Shown here piece by piece: positions 1 through 8,870 of a DNA stretch of 64,000 nucleotides. Both the position numbers and the translations under genes were made by a program. Source of the DNA: Nitrospirota bacterium (GTDB lineage: Bacteria; Nitrospirota; Thermodesulfovibrionia; UBA6902); assembly GCA_016214845.1 (NCBI GenBank), contig JACRMS010000032.1, forward strand, positions 18,655 through 82,654. Reading direction: 5' to 3'. The notes under the pieces are model-generated. The model was not told where the DNA came from and searched no databases. It saw only the letters and a program-made list of their open reading frames with translations. Position 1 is the stretch's first letter. The number at the start of each line of letters is the position of its first letter.

Positions 1-765
1 GCGGGCATCCCGTATTCGATTATCAGTTCAATAGAAGATTTCACTCTGGTGGAAAAGAATCTTGCCGGTGTATACAAACATGGCATGATACACGCGTTTC
101 TTCTGAGCCCTGCTATATTCGAGGGCGTCTGTGACTCGGGGGCAATAACATTGCCGTCATGTCCTGTTTCCAAAAAGATTGAGGACTGTCAGCCAAAAAG
201 GATGAAGCCGCAGTTTACCCGTTTTGAAATTCTGAAAATAATAGCGCCATACCTCGATGGCAAAGTCGTTGTCTGCAATCTTGGTTTCCCCTCCAAAGAA
301 CTTTTCCATATCAGGAATCAGCCATCAAACTTCTACATGCTCGGCAGCATGGGCATGGCTGCGCCGATCGGCCTCGGCATCAGCCTAACATCCGACAAAG
401 AGGTCATTGTTATAGACGGCGACGGCAGCATCCTCATGAACCCCGGCACTCTCGCAACAACAGCGCACTTTGCCCCGGCTAATTTGACGATCCTGGCAAT
501 CGACAACAGTTCCTACGGCTCAACAGGCGACCAGCCCACACTGACCGGCTCATGCGTAGACCTCGGACTCGTCGCAAAAGGTTTCGGTTTTCAGAACGTG
601 ATCAAAACCGCAAGCCGGAAACAATTGATCGATGCCATGAAGCAGCCTCACACAGGACTGCGCTTTATCCACGCATTGGCAATTCCAGGAAATAAAGACG
701 TGCCGACGATTACTCTTCACCATCTTGAGATCAAAAAACAGGTGATGGAGTTTTTGAAATCGTAG
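1..765 (+). CDS. Thiamine-diphosphate-dependent decarboxylase, sulfopyruvate/phosphonopyruvate decarboxylase family (beta/TPP-binding part); 5' end lies outside the window
   Basis: The frame is open from nt 1, and the ORF-track 'M' at 49 is a GTG. The TPP-binding motif GDGSILMNPGTLATTA and the overall ComE/Ppd-like sequence are present. An internal ATG at 202 with MKPQFTRFEILK would be the start if the beta subunit is separate; otherwise the gene is fused with the N-terminus off-window. Confidence 0.6.
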   Translation, partial: AGIPYSIISSIEDFTLVEKNLAGVYKHGMIHAFLLSPAIFEGVCDSGAITLPSCPVSKKIEDCQPKRMKPQFTRFEILKIIAPYLDGKVVVCNLGFPSKELFHIRNQPSNFYMLGSMGMAAPIGLGISLTSDKEVIVIDGDGSILMNPGTLATTAHFAPANLTILAIDNSSYGSTGDQPTLTGSCVDLGLVAKGFGFQNVIKTASRKQLIDAMKQPHTGLRFIHALAIPGNKDVPTITLHHLEIKKQVMEFLKS

Positions 766-1027
766 ACAATTGAAACAGCTATTATCTTTCAACAACATCG
801 TTTACTGTCAGAAATAATCCTTCCGTTTTTATATCGGTTGAAATATAATCATATACCTCTCTGAATTATAGAGAGGGCTTATGGCTCTTAGAAAACAGGA
901 TAGATAACCTAAAGAAACTTGGCGAGGGCAGGATTAAACATGTCGCATTTATATAACACCAGCTTCAAAAATAGCGTGCTTGTACGATCCGCGAATTGCT
1001 GAACAGCATTAGGGGGAAGCTGTAATT

Positions 1028-1813
1028 ATGACCATTCCAGTTTTAAACGCATCTTCACTTCAACGGGTTCTGCCATCCGGCAGGACTAAGCCCTGTATTT
1101 TTTTCTGCGAAGATGAAAGCGGTGATAGCAACGGCGAATATGTTGTTAAGCTCAAAGCAGGAATGGAAAATGGGGTGAACGGTCTTGCGGCTGAACTGAT
1201 TGCATCTCAACTGGCAGCTTTCCTTGATATCCCCACTCCAGAACCTGCTATAATTGAAATAGACCCGTTGCTGGCAGAGGTTATTTCTGATCCTGCTCTC
1301 TCACGGAAAATCAAAGGAAGCTCCGGACCGAATTTCGGCAGCAGGGTGATAACCGGCGGTTTTGAAACATGGCCTGTAGGCAAAGCAATACCTTCAAGTT
1401 TGCGAACATTAGCGGCAGAGATATTCGCCTTTGATGCACTGATACAAAACCCTGATAGAAAGGTTAAAAAGCCGAACATCCTTTGGAAAGGTGACGATTT
1501 ATATATCATAGACCATGAAATGAGTCTGATGTTTATATATGAAATATTGCCGATGCCAACTCCGTGGCAGATAACAAATTTGAACTTTATCAAAGATCAC
1601 TTGTTTTACGAGAATCTGAAGGGGCAGGCAGTGAATCTCGACCGATTTGCCGGGGCACTTGAACTGTTGACTGATAATGCCATGGAAACAATTCTTACAA
1701 ATGTGCCAGAGGATTGGCGAAGCAACAACATATCAAAAATTACAACCCATATCAACGAGATTATGCATCATAGAAATAGTTTCATCGACGAAATAAGGAG
1801 GGCGTTACAATGA
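1028..1813 (+). CDS. HipA-like Ser/Thr kinase family protein (short, catalytic-domain-only form)
   Basis: 261 aa. Catalytic-loop-like FDALIQNPDRKVKKPNILW matches the HipA GNTDxHxKN loop, and a downstream IIDHE resembles the activation motif. RBS AGGGGGAAG lies upstream of the ATG. The stop overlaps the next start (ATGA at 1810-1813). Confidence 0.55.
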   Translation: MTIPVLNASSLQRVLPSGRTKPCIFFCEDESGDSNGEYVVKLKAGMENGVNGLAAELIASQLAAFLDIPTPEPAIIEIDPLLAEVISDPALSRKIKGSSGPNFGSRVITGGFETWPVGKAIPSSLRTLAAEIFAFDALIQNPDRKVKKPNILWKGDDLYIIDHEMSLMFIYEILPMPTPWQITNLNFIKDHLFYENLKGQAVNLDRFAGALELLTDNAMETILTNVPEDWRSNNISKITTHINEIMHHRNSFIDEIRRALQ

Positions 1814-2652
1814 AGATACCTTATAGTTTCTCAATCCTGAGATATATTCACGATATCGTATCAGGTGAGTTCATCAACGTTGGCGTTGTGCTATATGCTC
1901 CTAAGGCGAGATTTCTTAGCACTGTCTGCACGTCAAGATACGGCCGCATTTCAAAAATGTTTTCAAATATAAACGGCGACCACTTCCGACAGGTCTCAAG
2001 ATACATTCAGGCAAGGCTTGAGGAAGAAGGTGAGCGTTTGCTTACTGAACTCCCATTTGAGAAAATGCCGGTTAGTGTGAAAGATTTTACTCCAAAGGTG
2101 TTGCCTATAGATGACAGTTCGCTGCAATTCTCCCCAGAAGGATATGGATTGACGGACAACCTGCAGGAAACTCTTGAACAGATTTATAACCGTTACGTAG
2201 AAAAGTATTATGAAAAAACAGAACGACAAAGCAGAAGCGATGAAGATGTATGGAAGATTTATAAGAGGCCTCTCGAGGAAAAACACGTCATTGCCAGCCT
2301 CAGACCTCACCAGATTATTGGTAACAACTATGATTATGAATTTAAATACTGCTGGAAAAATGAGCGCTGGCATATTCACGAGCCGGTCTCTTTCGATTTA
2401 TTAGAAGCTACTTCTATCACCGACAAAGCAAATACATGGGTAGGACGAATCACGAGCCTGATTGATGGCGGAGAGCTTTTTAAGTTAAATGTTTTGATAG
2501 GGTCTCCGCAGGATGAGAAGTTAAAAGCAGCCTTTATTAAGGCACAAAATATATTAAACAGAATGCCATGCGACCATGAATTTATACGAGAAGAAGAGGC
2601 AGAGGATTTCGCAGAAAGCCTTAAAAAGGAAATTGAGACGCACAAAGCATAA
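1810..2652 (+). CDS. DUF3037 domain protein
   Basis: 280 aa. The N-terminal YSFSILRYIHDIVSGEFINVGVVLYAP matches the conserved DUF3037 N-terminus. Translationally coupled to the upstream kinase-like gene. Confidence 0.6.
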   Translation: MKIPYSFSILRYIHDIVSGEFINVGVVLYAPKARFLSTVCTSRYGRISKMFSNINGDHFRQVSRYIQARLEEEGERLLTELPFEKMPVSVKDFTPKVLPIDDSSLQFSPEGYGLTDNLQETLEQIYNRYVEKYYEKTERQSRSDEDVWKIYKRPLEEKHVIASLRPHQIIGNNYDYEFKYCWKNERWHIHEPVSFDLLEATSITDKANTWVGRITSLIDGGELFKLNVLIGSPQDEKLKAAFIKAQNILNRMPCDHEFIREEEAEDFAESLKKEIETHKA

Positions 2653-2708
2653 CGATTCGCAGAGCAATCCTACTGACAGATATATGCAATCCCAACAGGG
2701 AAGAACCC

Positions 2709-3305
2709 CTACAAATTCCCTGTCTTCCTATACTCCTCGACGTAGCGTTTAAGCGCCCGGAAGAAAAGCCAGTCGAGAGAGAGATTATTATCGGCTGAGA
2801 TGTTGATTAACTGGTCGATGATCTCTTTATCAATGGCAGGCTTATCAGATGAGGAGGCATCAGGGATTTTTTCTTCCTGAACAGTATCTACTGAATTGCC
2901 GGTCCTCTTTTTATACTCTCTTGCAAGCAGCTCCATGAGCGAGCTGACATCGCCGGACTGAACACTTTTGACAACATCTTCAGGCGGAGCACCAGGGACA
3001 TTTGATTGTTCATCTGAGGCGGCATCAGTTTTATCTGAAGGTTCAGCATTAATGTTTTCAGACGGGACAGGAGGGATTGCAGGAGCCATCATGCCGGTCA
3101 TGCCCATCATCATCTCTGCCAATTTTCTGGCATGTTCATTGTCGGGCATTTCTCTCTTCAGAAACTCATCAAACTTTCCCTGAGCCATAGCCACGGCCAA
3201 TTGATCGGCCATCAGTGGCTCCCTGTTTTCATTGTCCTCAAAAGACCTCTTTCTTCCAAAGGGTGTTGACGGCGGTTTTGGCAGGGGCTTTTCTTTCTTT
3301 GACAT
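2709..3305 (-). CDS. Hypothetical acidic, Met/Pro-rich protein with a conserved-looking C-terminal segment
   Basis: 198-aa ORF with an ATG start. Low-complexity middle (MMMGMTGMMAPAIPPVP) and C-terminal DWLFFRALKRYVEEYRK. Convergent with the DUF3037 gene. Confidence 0.35.
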   Translation of the reverse strand: MSKKEKPLPKPPSTPFGRKRSFEDNENREPLMADQLAVAMAQGKFDEFLKREMPDNEHARKLAEMMMGMTGMMAPAIPPVPSENINAEPSDKTDAASDEQSNVPGAPPEDVVKSVQSGDVSSLMELLAREYKKRTGNSVDTVQEEKIPDASSSDKPAIDKEIIDQLINISADNNLSLDWLFFRALKRYVEEYRKTGNL

Positions 3306-3432
3306 GATATTAATTTACCATAACAGTGTCTCCCCATCAAACCTTAATAGTTTATGGAAAAAATCCGAATAGTAACGCAACACTCGATTTATGTTATGGC
3401 AATATTGAATAATATAGGCAACGGTTGATTGT

Positions 3433-4479
3433 ATGGGAAATGCTATTTTAAGAACTGATCTGGTAGAAGCGCTTCTGCGCAGCGCGTCGGATTTTATATA
3501 TTTCAAGGACCTGGACGGCAAATACGTTGCGGTCAGTGACAGTGTCGCAATTCATTCGGGCAGCATGATCAAAGACATGATAGGCAAATCGGACCTGGAC
3601 TTCTTCCCAGGGGAACAGGCTGAGGCGATGCTTCTTGAAGACAAAAAGATAATCGAAACAGGTGAGGCGGTCAAAGACAAAATAGAGAAAATGGTCTGTC
3701 TGAACGGATCAGAGATCTGGATCTCGGTTACCAAGTTCCCGTGGAAAGACAGCGCCGGAGAAATTGTAGGTTTAATTTGCGTGTGCAGGGAGGTCACTGA
3801 AAGGATCGAAAGAGAAAAACATATTCTCGATATGCTGAGTATCGCGACTCATGACATAAGGGGGCCTTTAAGTTCGATCGGCAGTATGATAAAACTCCTC
3901 ATGCGCGGGGCGTTCGGCTTTATCGATGAAAGCGTCAAGGTCACTCTTTCTGATATTTCCGGGAGAATTATCTGCCTGGAAAAGTTATTGGGTGAGTACC
4001 TCTGTAAATCTTCCATGATGAACGTTAAAATGCCTGAGAAGGAATATCTCGACCTGCGGCAGGACATCATCGACCCCACCCTCGATGAATTCGCGACTGA
4101 AATTGAAGAAAGCAGGATCAGGATAGACAACCGGTTGGGCGCCATCCCGGGCAACAAGGTCATCATAAAGGCAAACGCGCGATGGATCAAGATCGTGTAC
4201 AGAAATCTTATCCGTAATGCGATAAAGTATGCGGCCTCAGGGCAGATCGCCTTCGGCTTTGAAGACAAAGGAGACCATTACAGGCTGAACGTCTATAACA
4301 GCGGACCGCCTGTCCCGGAAGAACGAAGGACCAACATTTTTGAAAAGTTTGAGAGCACTGACAGTTCAGGCCTTGGCCTTGCGATTTGCCGGAACCTCAT
4401 TAAAAAGCACGGCGGCGACATGTGGTATGAAAACACCTGGGACAACCATCCTAATTTTATCTTCACTGTTCCAAAATAA
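3433..4479 (+). CDS. PAS-domain sensor histidine kinase (no cognate response regulator adjacent)
   Basis: H-box HDIRGPLSSI, N-box LIRNAIKYA, G2-box GLGLAICRNLIKKHGG; N-terminal PAS-like region. Confidence 0.8.
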   Translation: MGNAILRTDLVEALLRSASDFIYFKDLDGKYVAVSDSVAIHSGSMIKDMIGKSDLDFFPGEQAEAMLLEDKKIIETGEAVKDKIEKMVCLNGSEIWISVTKFPWKDSAGEIVGLICVCREVTERIEREKHILDMLSIATHDIRGPLSSIGSMIKLLMRGAFGFIDESVKVTLSDISGRIICLEKLLGEYLCKSSMMNVKMPEKEYLDLRQDIIDPTLDEFATEIEESRIRIDNRLGAIPGNKVIIKANARWIKIVYRNLIRNAIKYAASGQIAFGFEDKGDHYRLNVYNSGPPVPEERRTNIFEKFESTDSSGLGLAICRNLIKKHGGDMWYENTWDNHPNFIFTVPK

Positions 4480-4545
4480 AGCCCGCTTTTAATAAATCCC
4501 GATTCCATGATAAACCCCTTTCACCCATCACGCATTACGATTTCA

Positions 4546-4574
4546 TTGACTTAGCTTTGGTTACATGATATTTT
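4546..4574 (+). promoter_or_regulatory. Putative sigma70 promoter (TTGACT-N17-TATTTT with TG extended -10) for the AhpD-like gene
   Basis: TTGACT at 4546-4551, 17-nt spacer, TGATATTTT. The same TGATATTT -10 core occurs in the glgP promoter candidate. Confidence 0.35.
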
Positions 4575-4626
4575 TTATGGACTGTGTAAATTGCCGGAGA
4601 CAAAGTACGGAACAGGAGATACCATC

Positions 4627-5073
4627 ATGAGGAAAGGAAAAAATAAAAGTTCCATAGGGCAGGTAAAATCCCTGATGAAAAGCAGGGAGCTTACCGAAGG
4701 GCTGTCAAAGATGATCGAGAAGCAGAGGGGAGATCTGGGGTTTCTCCTGAGCGCCTTGAAAATGCGTCCCCGCACTTTTAATCCTTATGTCCTCAAAGGG
4801 ATGTCCATCTACAGCGAGCCGTCTGCCCTGGACAGGAAAACGGTTGAACTGGTTGCAGTCGGCGCTGCCGCCGCTCTCAGATGCGAGCATTGCCTTACCG
4901 CGCACATAAACAGGGCCCTTGACGAGGGCGCAACCAATGATGAAGTTTTGGATGCGGTCCTTATTTCCGGCGCAATTTCCGAATCATCAACTCTTTCCGT
5001 GGCCCTCAGGAAGTTCAAACAGCAGGCGGGGAAGACAACTAAAATAACGGGCCGGGGAAAGAGGGTTAAATAG
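4627..5073 (+). CDS. Carboxymuconolactone decarboxylase / AhpD-like family protein
   Basis: CxxC-containing AhpD-like core (AALRCEHCLTAH). The ATG at 4627 has GGAG 9 nt upstream; the ORF-track start at 4591 is a TTG. Confidence 0.6.
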   Translation: MRKGKNKSSIGQVKSLMKSRELTEGLSKMIEKQRGDLGFLLSALKMRPRTFNPYVLKGMSIYSEPSALDRKTVELVAVGAAAALRCEHCLTAHINRALDEGATNDEVLDAVLISGAISESSTLSVALRKFKQQAGKTTKITGRGKRVK

Positions 5074-6004
5074 CTATTCCGTCCTGGTAATGGTCTTTTG
5101 AGGGGTGGATCTTTTTGATCATTGAGGTATCGAAAATTTCTTCATCTGAGAGCTCGCGGCTTATATATCCAAGCCTCTTCAATACCTTCACAAATGCCAT
5201 TGTGGAAGAAATATATCCTTTGGTAATGGAAGCGCAATACTTTGGCGAGATATTCAAGGTGTCCAGAACAAAATCCGCGTCTACGATCCCGGTATAATCT
5301 GAAATTATCTTTGCAGCCTCCCGCGGCCTGTTTCTAAAAAATGCCGTTGCTTCTTCGTGCAGCTTAAGAAAGCGTTCAATGGTTTCGCGGTGTCCATTCA
5401 GAAAATTGTCCTCAACAAGGATGCCGTAGCTTGGATTGTCAGGCCAGAGTTTAGACGGGGGACAAAGTATCTTCCCTCCTGCAAAGCGGCCAAGCGCGAC
5501 GGCAAGAGCTGGCGTGCCGACTGCCGCTGCTACCTGCCCCTTGTGCATCGCATCTATGATCAGGTCAGACCACCGGAAGTTTACAATGTCAATTTCACTT
5601 TTTAAATTAAATCTCTCAAGACATTCAGTGATAATGACATCATGAATGGAACCTTTTCCCGGCACCCCTATCTTGTGGCCGCGAAACTGTGTTAACACTT
5701 CGGCGAGATCATCAGTTTCCGGGGACCCCTTGCATTCAGCCCCTCCGATGATGACCGTGCCTTCAACATGCCCGCCTGCAATGCATTTGAACTTCACTCC
5801 TTTATCCATGCCGATAATTGCCGGAGGAAGTCCGATATAAGCCAGATCGATCTCTCCTCTTTGAAATGCATCAACTATCGCAGGTCCGGTGCCAAACAGC
5901 CTCCATTGGACATCGGCACTGATCTCCCGATCAATGTTGCCTTGGGCTATTAAAAGTATCGAGGTGTGATAAAAGGTGGAGAGATGGGCTATCCTTAGCG
6001 GCAT
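5066..6004 (-). CDS. NMT1/THI5-like (SsuA/TauA-type periplasmic-binding-protein fold) protein without signal peptide
   Basis: 312 aa. Its N-terminal IAHLSTFYHTSILLIAQ...GEIDLAYIGLPPAIIG is NMT1/SsuA-like. No signal sequence. The 3' end overlaps the convergent AhpD-like gene by 8 nt. Confidence 0.5.
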   Translation of the reverse strand: MPLRIAHLSTFYHTSILLIAQGNIDREISADVQWRLFGTGPAIVDAFQRGEIDLAYIGLPPAIIGMDKGVKFKCIAGGHVEGTVIIGGAECKGSPETDDLAEVLTQFRGHKIGVPGKGSIHDVIITECLERFNLKSEIDIVNFRWSDLIIDAMHKGQVAAAVGTPALAVALGRFAGGKILCPPSKLWPDNPSYGILVEDNFLNGHRETIERFLKLHEEATAFFRNRPREAAKIISDYTGIVDADFVLDTLNISPKYCASITKGYISSTMAFVKVLKRLGYISRELSDEEIFDTSMIKKIHPSKDHYQDGIAI

Positions 6005-6135
6005 TTATTTTTTCCTGTCTGTGCGATTAGACATTAAAAATAGCGATCAGCAATTAGCTGTCAGCTATAAGCTTTACATAAAATCATTCCTAAATAAAAA
6101 GCTTATCGCTTAATGCTAAGAGCCAACAGTTTTTT

Positions 6136-6210
<75 letters not shown>

Positions 6211-6333
6211 ATTTGTTGGGAATATTGTATATTGCATGGATTGCTTAATGCAAGAAGGCGAATTGTATTCATCCTTTAACTCTATGCCCTCAGCCCCCTG
6301 CTTTTAAGCGCTGTAACTTGTGTATAATTAGGC

Positions 6334-6747
6334 ATGTTCCCTGTAAGCCCGGAAAAAGAAAAGTCTCTCAAGGCCAAACTCGACAACCTTGGCATTCATG
6401 AAAAGGACATCGAGGAATCGTTCATCCGCTCAGGCGGGCACGGCGGGCAGAATGTCAACAAGGTCGCAACCTGTGTTTATCTAAAACACATCCCAACCGG
6501 TGTTGAGGTCAAATGCCAGAAGGCGCGCACTCAGGGAATGAACCGATATTATGCCCGTGTGCTGCTTTTTGAAAAAGTAGAACGCCTGATAAAAGGCAAG
6601 GAGAGCGAGGAAGAACAACGGATCGAAAAGATCAGGCGGCAGAAACGCAAACGCTCAAAGCGCGCAAAGGAAAAGATGCTTGAAGGGAAACACCTGCAAT
6701 CCATAAAAAAAGAAAAACGTTCTTATCACCCTTCCCGTGAAGAGTAA
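6334..6747 (+). CDS. arfB: Alternative ribosome-rescue factor ArfB (peptidyl-tRNA hydrolase, RF-1 GGQ domain)
   Basis: 137 aa, [15 protein letters not shown] motif, Lys/Arg-rich C-terminal tail. Confidence 0.8.
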   Translation: MFPVSPEKEKSLKAKLDNLGIHEKDIEESFIRSGGHGGQNVNKVATCVYLKHIPTGVEVKCQKARTQGMNRYYARVLLFEKVERLIKGKESEEEQRIEKIRRQKRKRSKRAKEKMLEGKHLQSIKKEKRSYHPSREE

Positions 6748-6762
6748 AATTAAGGCCTGAAT

Positions 6763-7782
6763 TCACTTCGATGTTTCTTCGTAGAACTCCCTTTTCGGCT
6801 GGCCACTCATCAGCCCGAATCTTTTGTAAAGTGATTGCGCGAAAAGAAAGTCCAGGTGTGCGATTGAATCAGGGCGATTGCCAAAGACCTTTTCCCAGAC
6901 ATCCCACCGTTCCATGCAAAGATATACAAGATTGTCTTGTGAAATTTTCCCCCTCAGCGCGCTGTAAATGTGCTTGTACATCTTTACCCGCAGCGGTTTT
7001 ACATACCGCATCTTTGCGTCATCACCCAGTACCATCTCCGCGCAGGTCAGGCGGTTGTCCGGGTAGTTGTTTTCCATCTTCTTTTTCATCTCAGGGTTGA
7101 AGCGGAGGCTGCCGATGGATATCCACGCGACCCTCTCAGGCGATACCGAATCAAAGACCCGGTCCACAAGCCCCGAATATCCTTCTTCCCATCCCTTGTG
7201 AAAGATCATCGGGTCGAAATGCAGGCCGATCAAATAGCCTGCCTTTGAAACCTTGCGCATGGCGTGAAGCCGGTCTTCAAGAGACGCGGTCCTGTGCTCT
7301 TCTGTGTTGATGACGTGATCAGTATTCAGGGACCACGAGACAACCGTCCTTTCATTGTGAGAGATATTTAGTATCGAATCAACGTTGTCTGACTTCGTCT
7401 TTAGTTCAAGAACGGCATTTCCCATTGTGGAAAATTCGCGGATAAGTCTTGCGGCCTGTCCCGTCTCTCCTTCCAGCGCAAGACTGTCGCCAAGCTCCCA
7501 AGTGCCGATGCGGAACAGCCTCTGCGGCTCATTTGCGGTTTTGCTTTTAACCTCTTCCATCAACGCGTCAATATCGTCCACGATCTTTGTCGCGCCGTCG
7601 TTCATATAGTTTTGAAGGAAGCAGTATGAACATTCAAACGGGCAGTTGTGGACGGACTTCAATACATGCACATAACAGCAGAGGTATTTTCTGTTGAACG
7701 TAGCGCACGTGCCCATTGCCTCGCCGTGTTTCGGAATGGGCTTAACTTCCTTTTTCCCGTCTTTATAGTTCAAGGTATTCAT
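6763..7782 (-). CDS. Radical SAM protein of the spore-photoproduct-lyase (SplB) / DNA-repair photolyase-like family
   Basis: 339 aa, CxxxCxxC radical SAM cluster motif (CPFECSYC), SplB-like length and composition. Confidence 0.65.
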   Translation of the reverse strand: MNTLNYKDGKKEVKPIPKHGEAMGTCATFNRKYLCCYVHVLKSVHNCPFECSYCFLQNYMNDGATKIVDDIDALMEEVKSKTANEPQRLFRIGTWELGDSLALEGETGQAARLIREFSTMGNAVLELKTKSDNVDSILNISHNERTVVSWSLNTDHVINTEEHRTASLEDRLHAMRKVSKAGYLIGLHFDPMIFHKGWEEGYSGLVDRVFDSVSPERVAWISIGSLRFNPEMKKKMENNYPDNRLTCAEMVLGDDAKMRYVKPLRVKMYKHIYSALRGKISQDNLVYLCMERWDVWEKVFGNRPDSIAHLDFLFAQSLYKRFGLMSGQPKREFYEETSK

Positions 7783-7794
7783 GGTTGTTTAAGA

Positions 7795-7880
7795 ACCCCC
7801 TCTCCCTTACCCTCTCCCGCAAGGGGCGAGGGAACTAACTTATCTCCCCTCCCTTGACGGGAGGGGATTAAGGGGAGGGT
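7795..7880. repeat. C/G-tract mirror repeats forming GC hairpins and a canonical G-quadruplex motif on the minus (sense) strand, about 16 nt upstream of the SplB-like start codon
   Basis: Plus strand cccctctcccttaccctctccc...ctcccctccc ttgac gggaggggat. The minus-strand reading GGGAGAGGGTAAGGGAGAGGGGG gives G3N3G3N3G3N3G3+. There is a 10-bp perfect hairpin TCCCCTCCC/GGGAGGGGA. Confidence 0.5.
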
Positions 7881-7890
7881 GTTAATATTC

Positions 7891-8862
7891 TCAAAGCTCA
7901 TCCAGTATTTCCTCCACCGCCTTCTTCGTTTCAGTCGAGTTCAAAGTACTTAGCAGCGCTGCCAGCTTTTTGAAATCCTGCACATGGACAACGATGTCCA
8001 CATTTTTATTCTCCAGCGTCCTGTCCCAGTTAATAGATACAGCCTGCGGAAGCTTAAGGCCCTCAACCGTCTTCTGCATCCTCGCGTTTGTCTCGGAAAG
8101 GGTGGGGAACCGTTTTGTATAAATAAGCTGACGCAGCCTTTCAGTCCTGTCGCGGGGGCTTAGTGAAGACCTGATTATCTCCTGGACATCAGGCCCATCG
8201 AGAAAATCATTGATGGTCTTGTTTTGCATCCTGAGGTGATCTTTTAAATTTGAGGCGATCTCATCAAGTGTAGAGGCGGTCAATTGCAGTATCGGCTTCC
8301 ACGCCATCAACTGTAAGAGTATGTCCATAGGATAGGAAGTTAAATTGAGTATCTGTTTCAGGGAGTATTTTTTTTCGTGGCAGAAGGATTTTAATTCTGC
8401 AGGCAAATCGTTCATGCGCTCGCAGTCCCGCAGGAATTCACTGTACGGTTTAAAACTGAATTGAATGCAGAGGAAATTCAGTATCCACGATTCAGGCGCT
8501 TTGAGATAAAGTGCGAAACAGATAAAGCGGACTTTGTTCATAATGCTTTGCTCAATCTCAAGCCTCTTATCACAGAGGATTAAGGTAATGATGTCTGTAA
8601 CCGGCGTAGCCTCCGGCAGGACGATTGCGCTGACTGTTTGGATCTGGTTCTGCCTTGCGAAATGAATCCGCTTCCTTCCGTCAATCAGATGAAGTTTTCC
8701 GTCTTTATCTCTGTAAAGAATAACCGGATGAAGTATGCCAAGATTTTTCAAAGAATCTTCAAGAGAGGTTTCAATGCTGTTTGATTCAACGAGGAGATCT
8801 TTCAGCGAAAAACGGCTTTGCTCAACGAGGACGTCTTTGACATTTATATTTTGGACTGACAT
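7891..8862 (-). CDS. ParB N-terminal (ParB/Srx nuclease-like) domain protein, otherwise uncharacterised
   Basis: 323 aa. LGILHPVILYRDKDGKLHLIDGRKRIHFARQ matches the ParB N-terminal GxxRxxA box. The remaining ~230 aa are unassigned. Confidence 0.5.
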   Translation of the reverse strand: MSVQNINVKDVLVEQSRFSLKDLLVESNSIETSLEDSLKNLGILHPVILYRDKDGKLHLIDGRKRIHFARQNQIQTVSAIVLPEATPVTDIITLILCDKRLEIEQSIMNKVRFICFALYLKAPESWILNFLCIQFSFKPYSEFLRDCERMNDLPAELKSFCHEKKYSLKQILNLTSYPMDILLQLMAWKPILQLTASTLDEIASNLKDHLRMQNKTINDFLDGPDVQEIIRSSLSPRDRTERLRQLIYTKRFPTLSETNARMQKTVEGLKLPQAVSINWDRTLENKNVDIVVHVQDFKKLAALLSTLNSTETKKAVEEILDEL

Positions 8863-8870
8863 GAAATATT

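Noticed and set aside
49-765. ORF-track start at 49 for the first gene
   Set aside because: The 'M' at 49 is a GTG and the frame is open to nt 1. The gene is treated as 5'-partial, with a possible internal ATG at 202, rather than starting at 49.
6058-6076. Shared ATTAGCTGTNAGCT motif at 6058 and 46108
   Set aside because: A 14-mer with one mismatch between two sites is expected many times by chance in 64 kb on both strands. No additional structure supports it.
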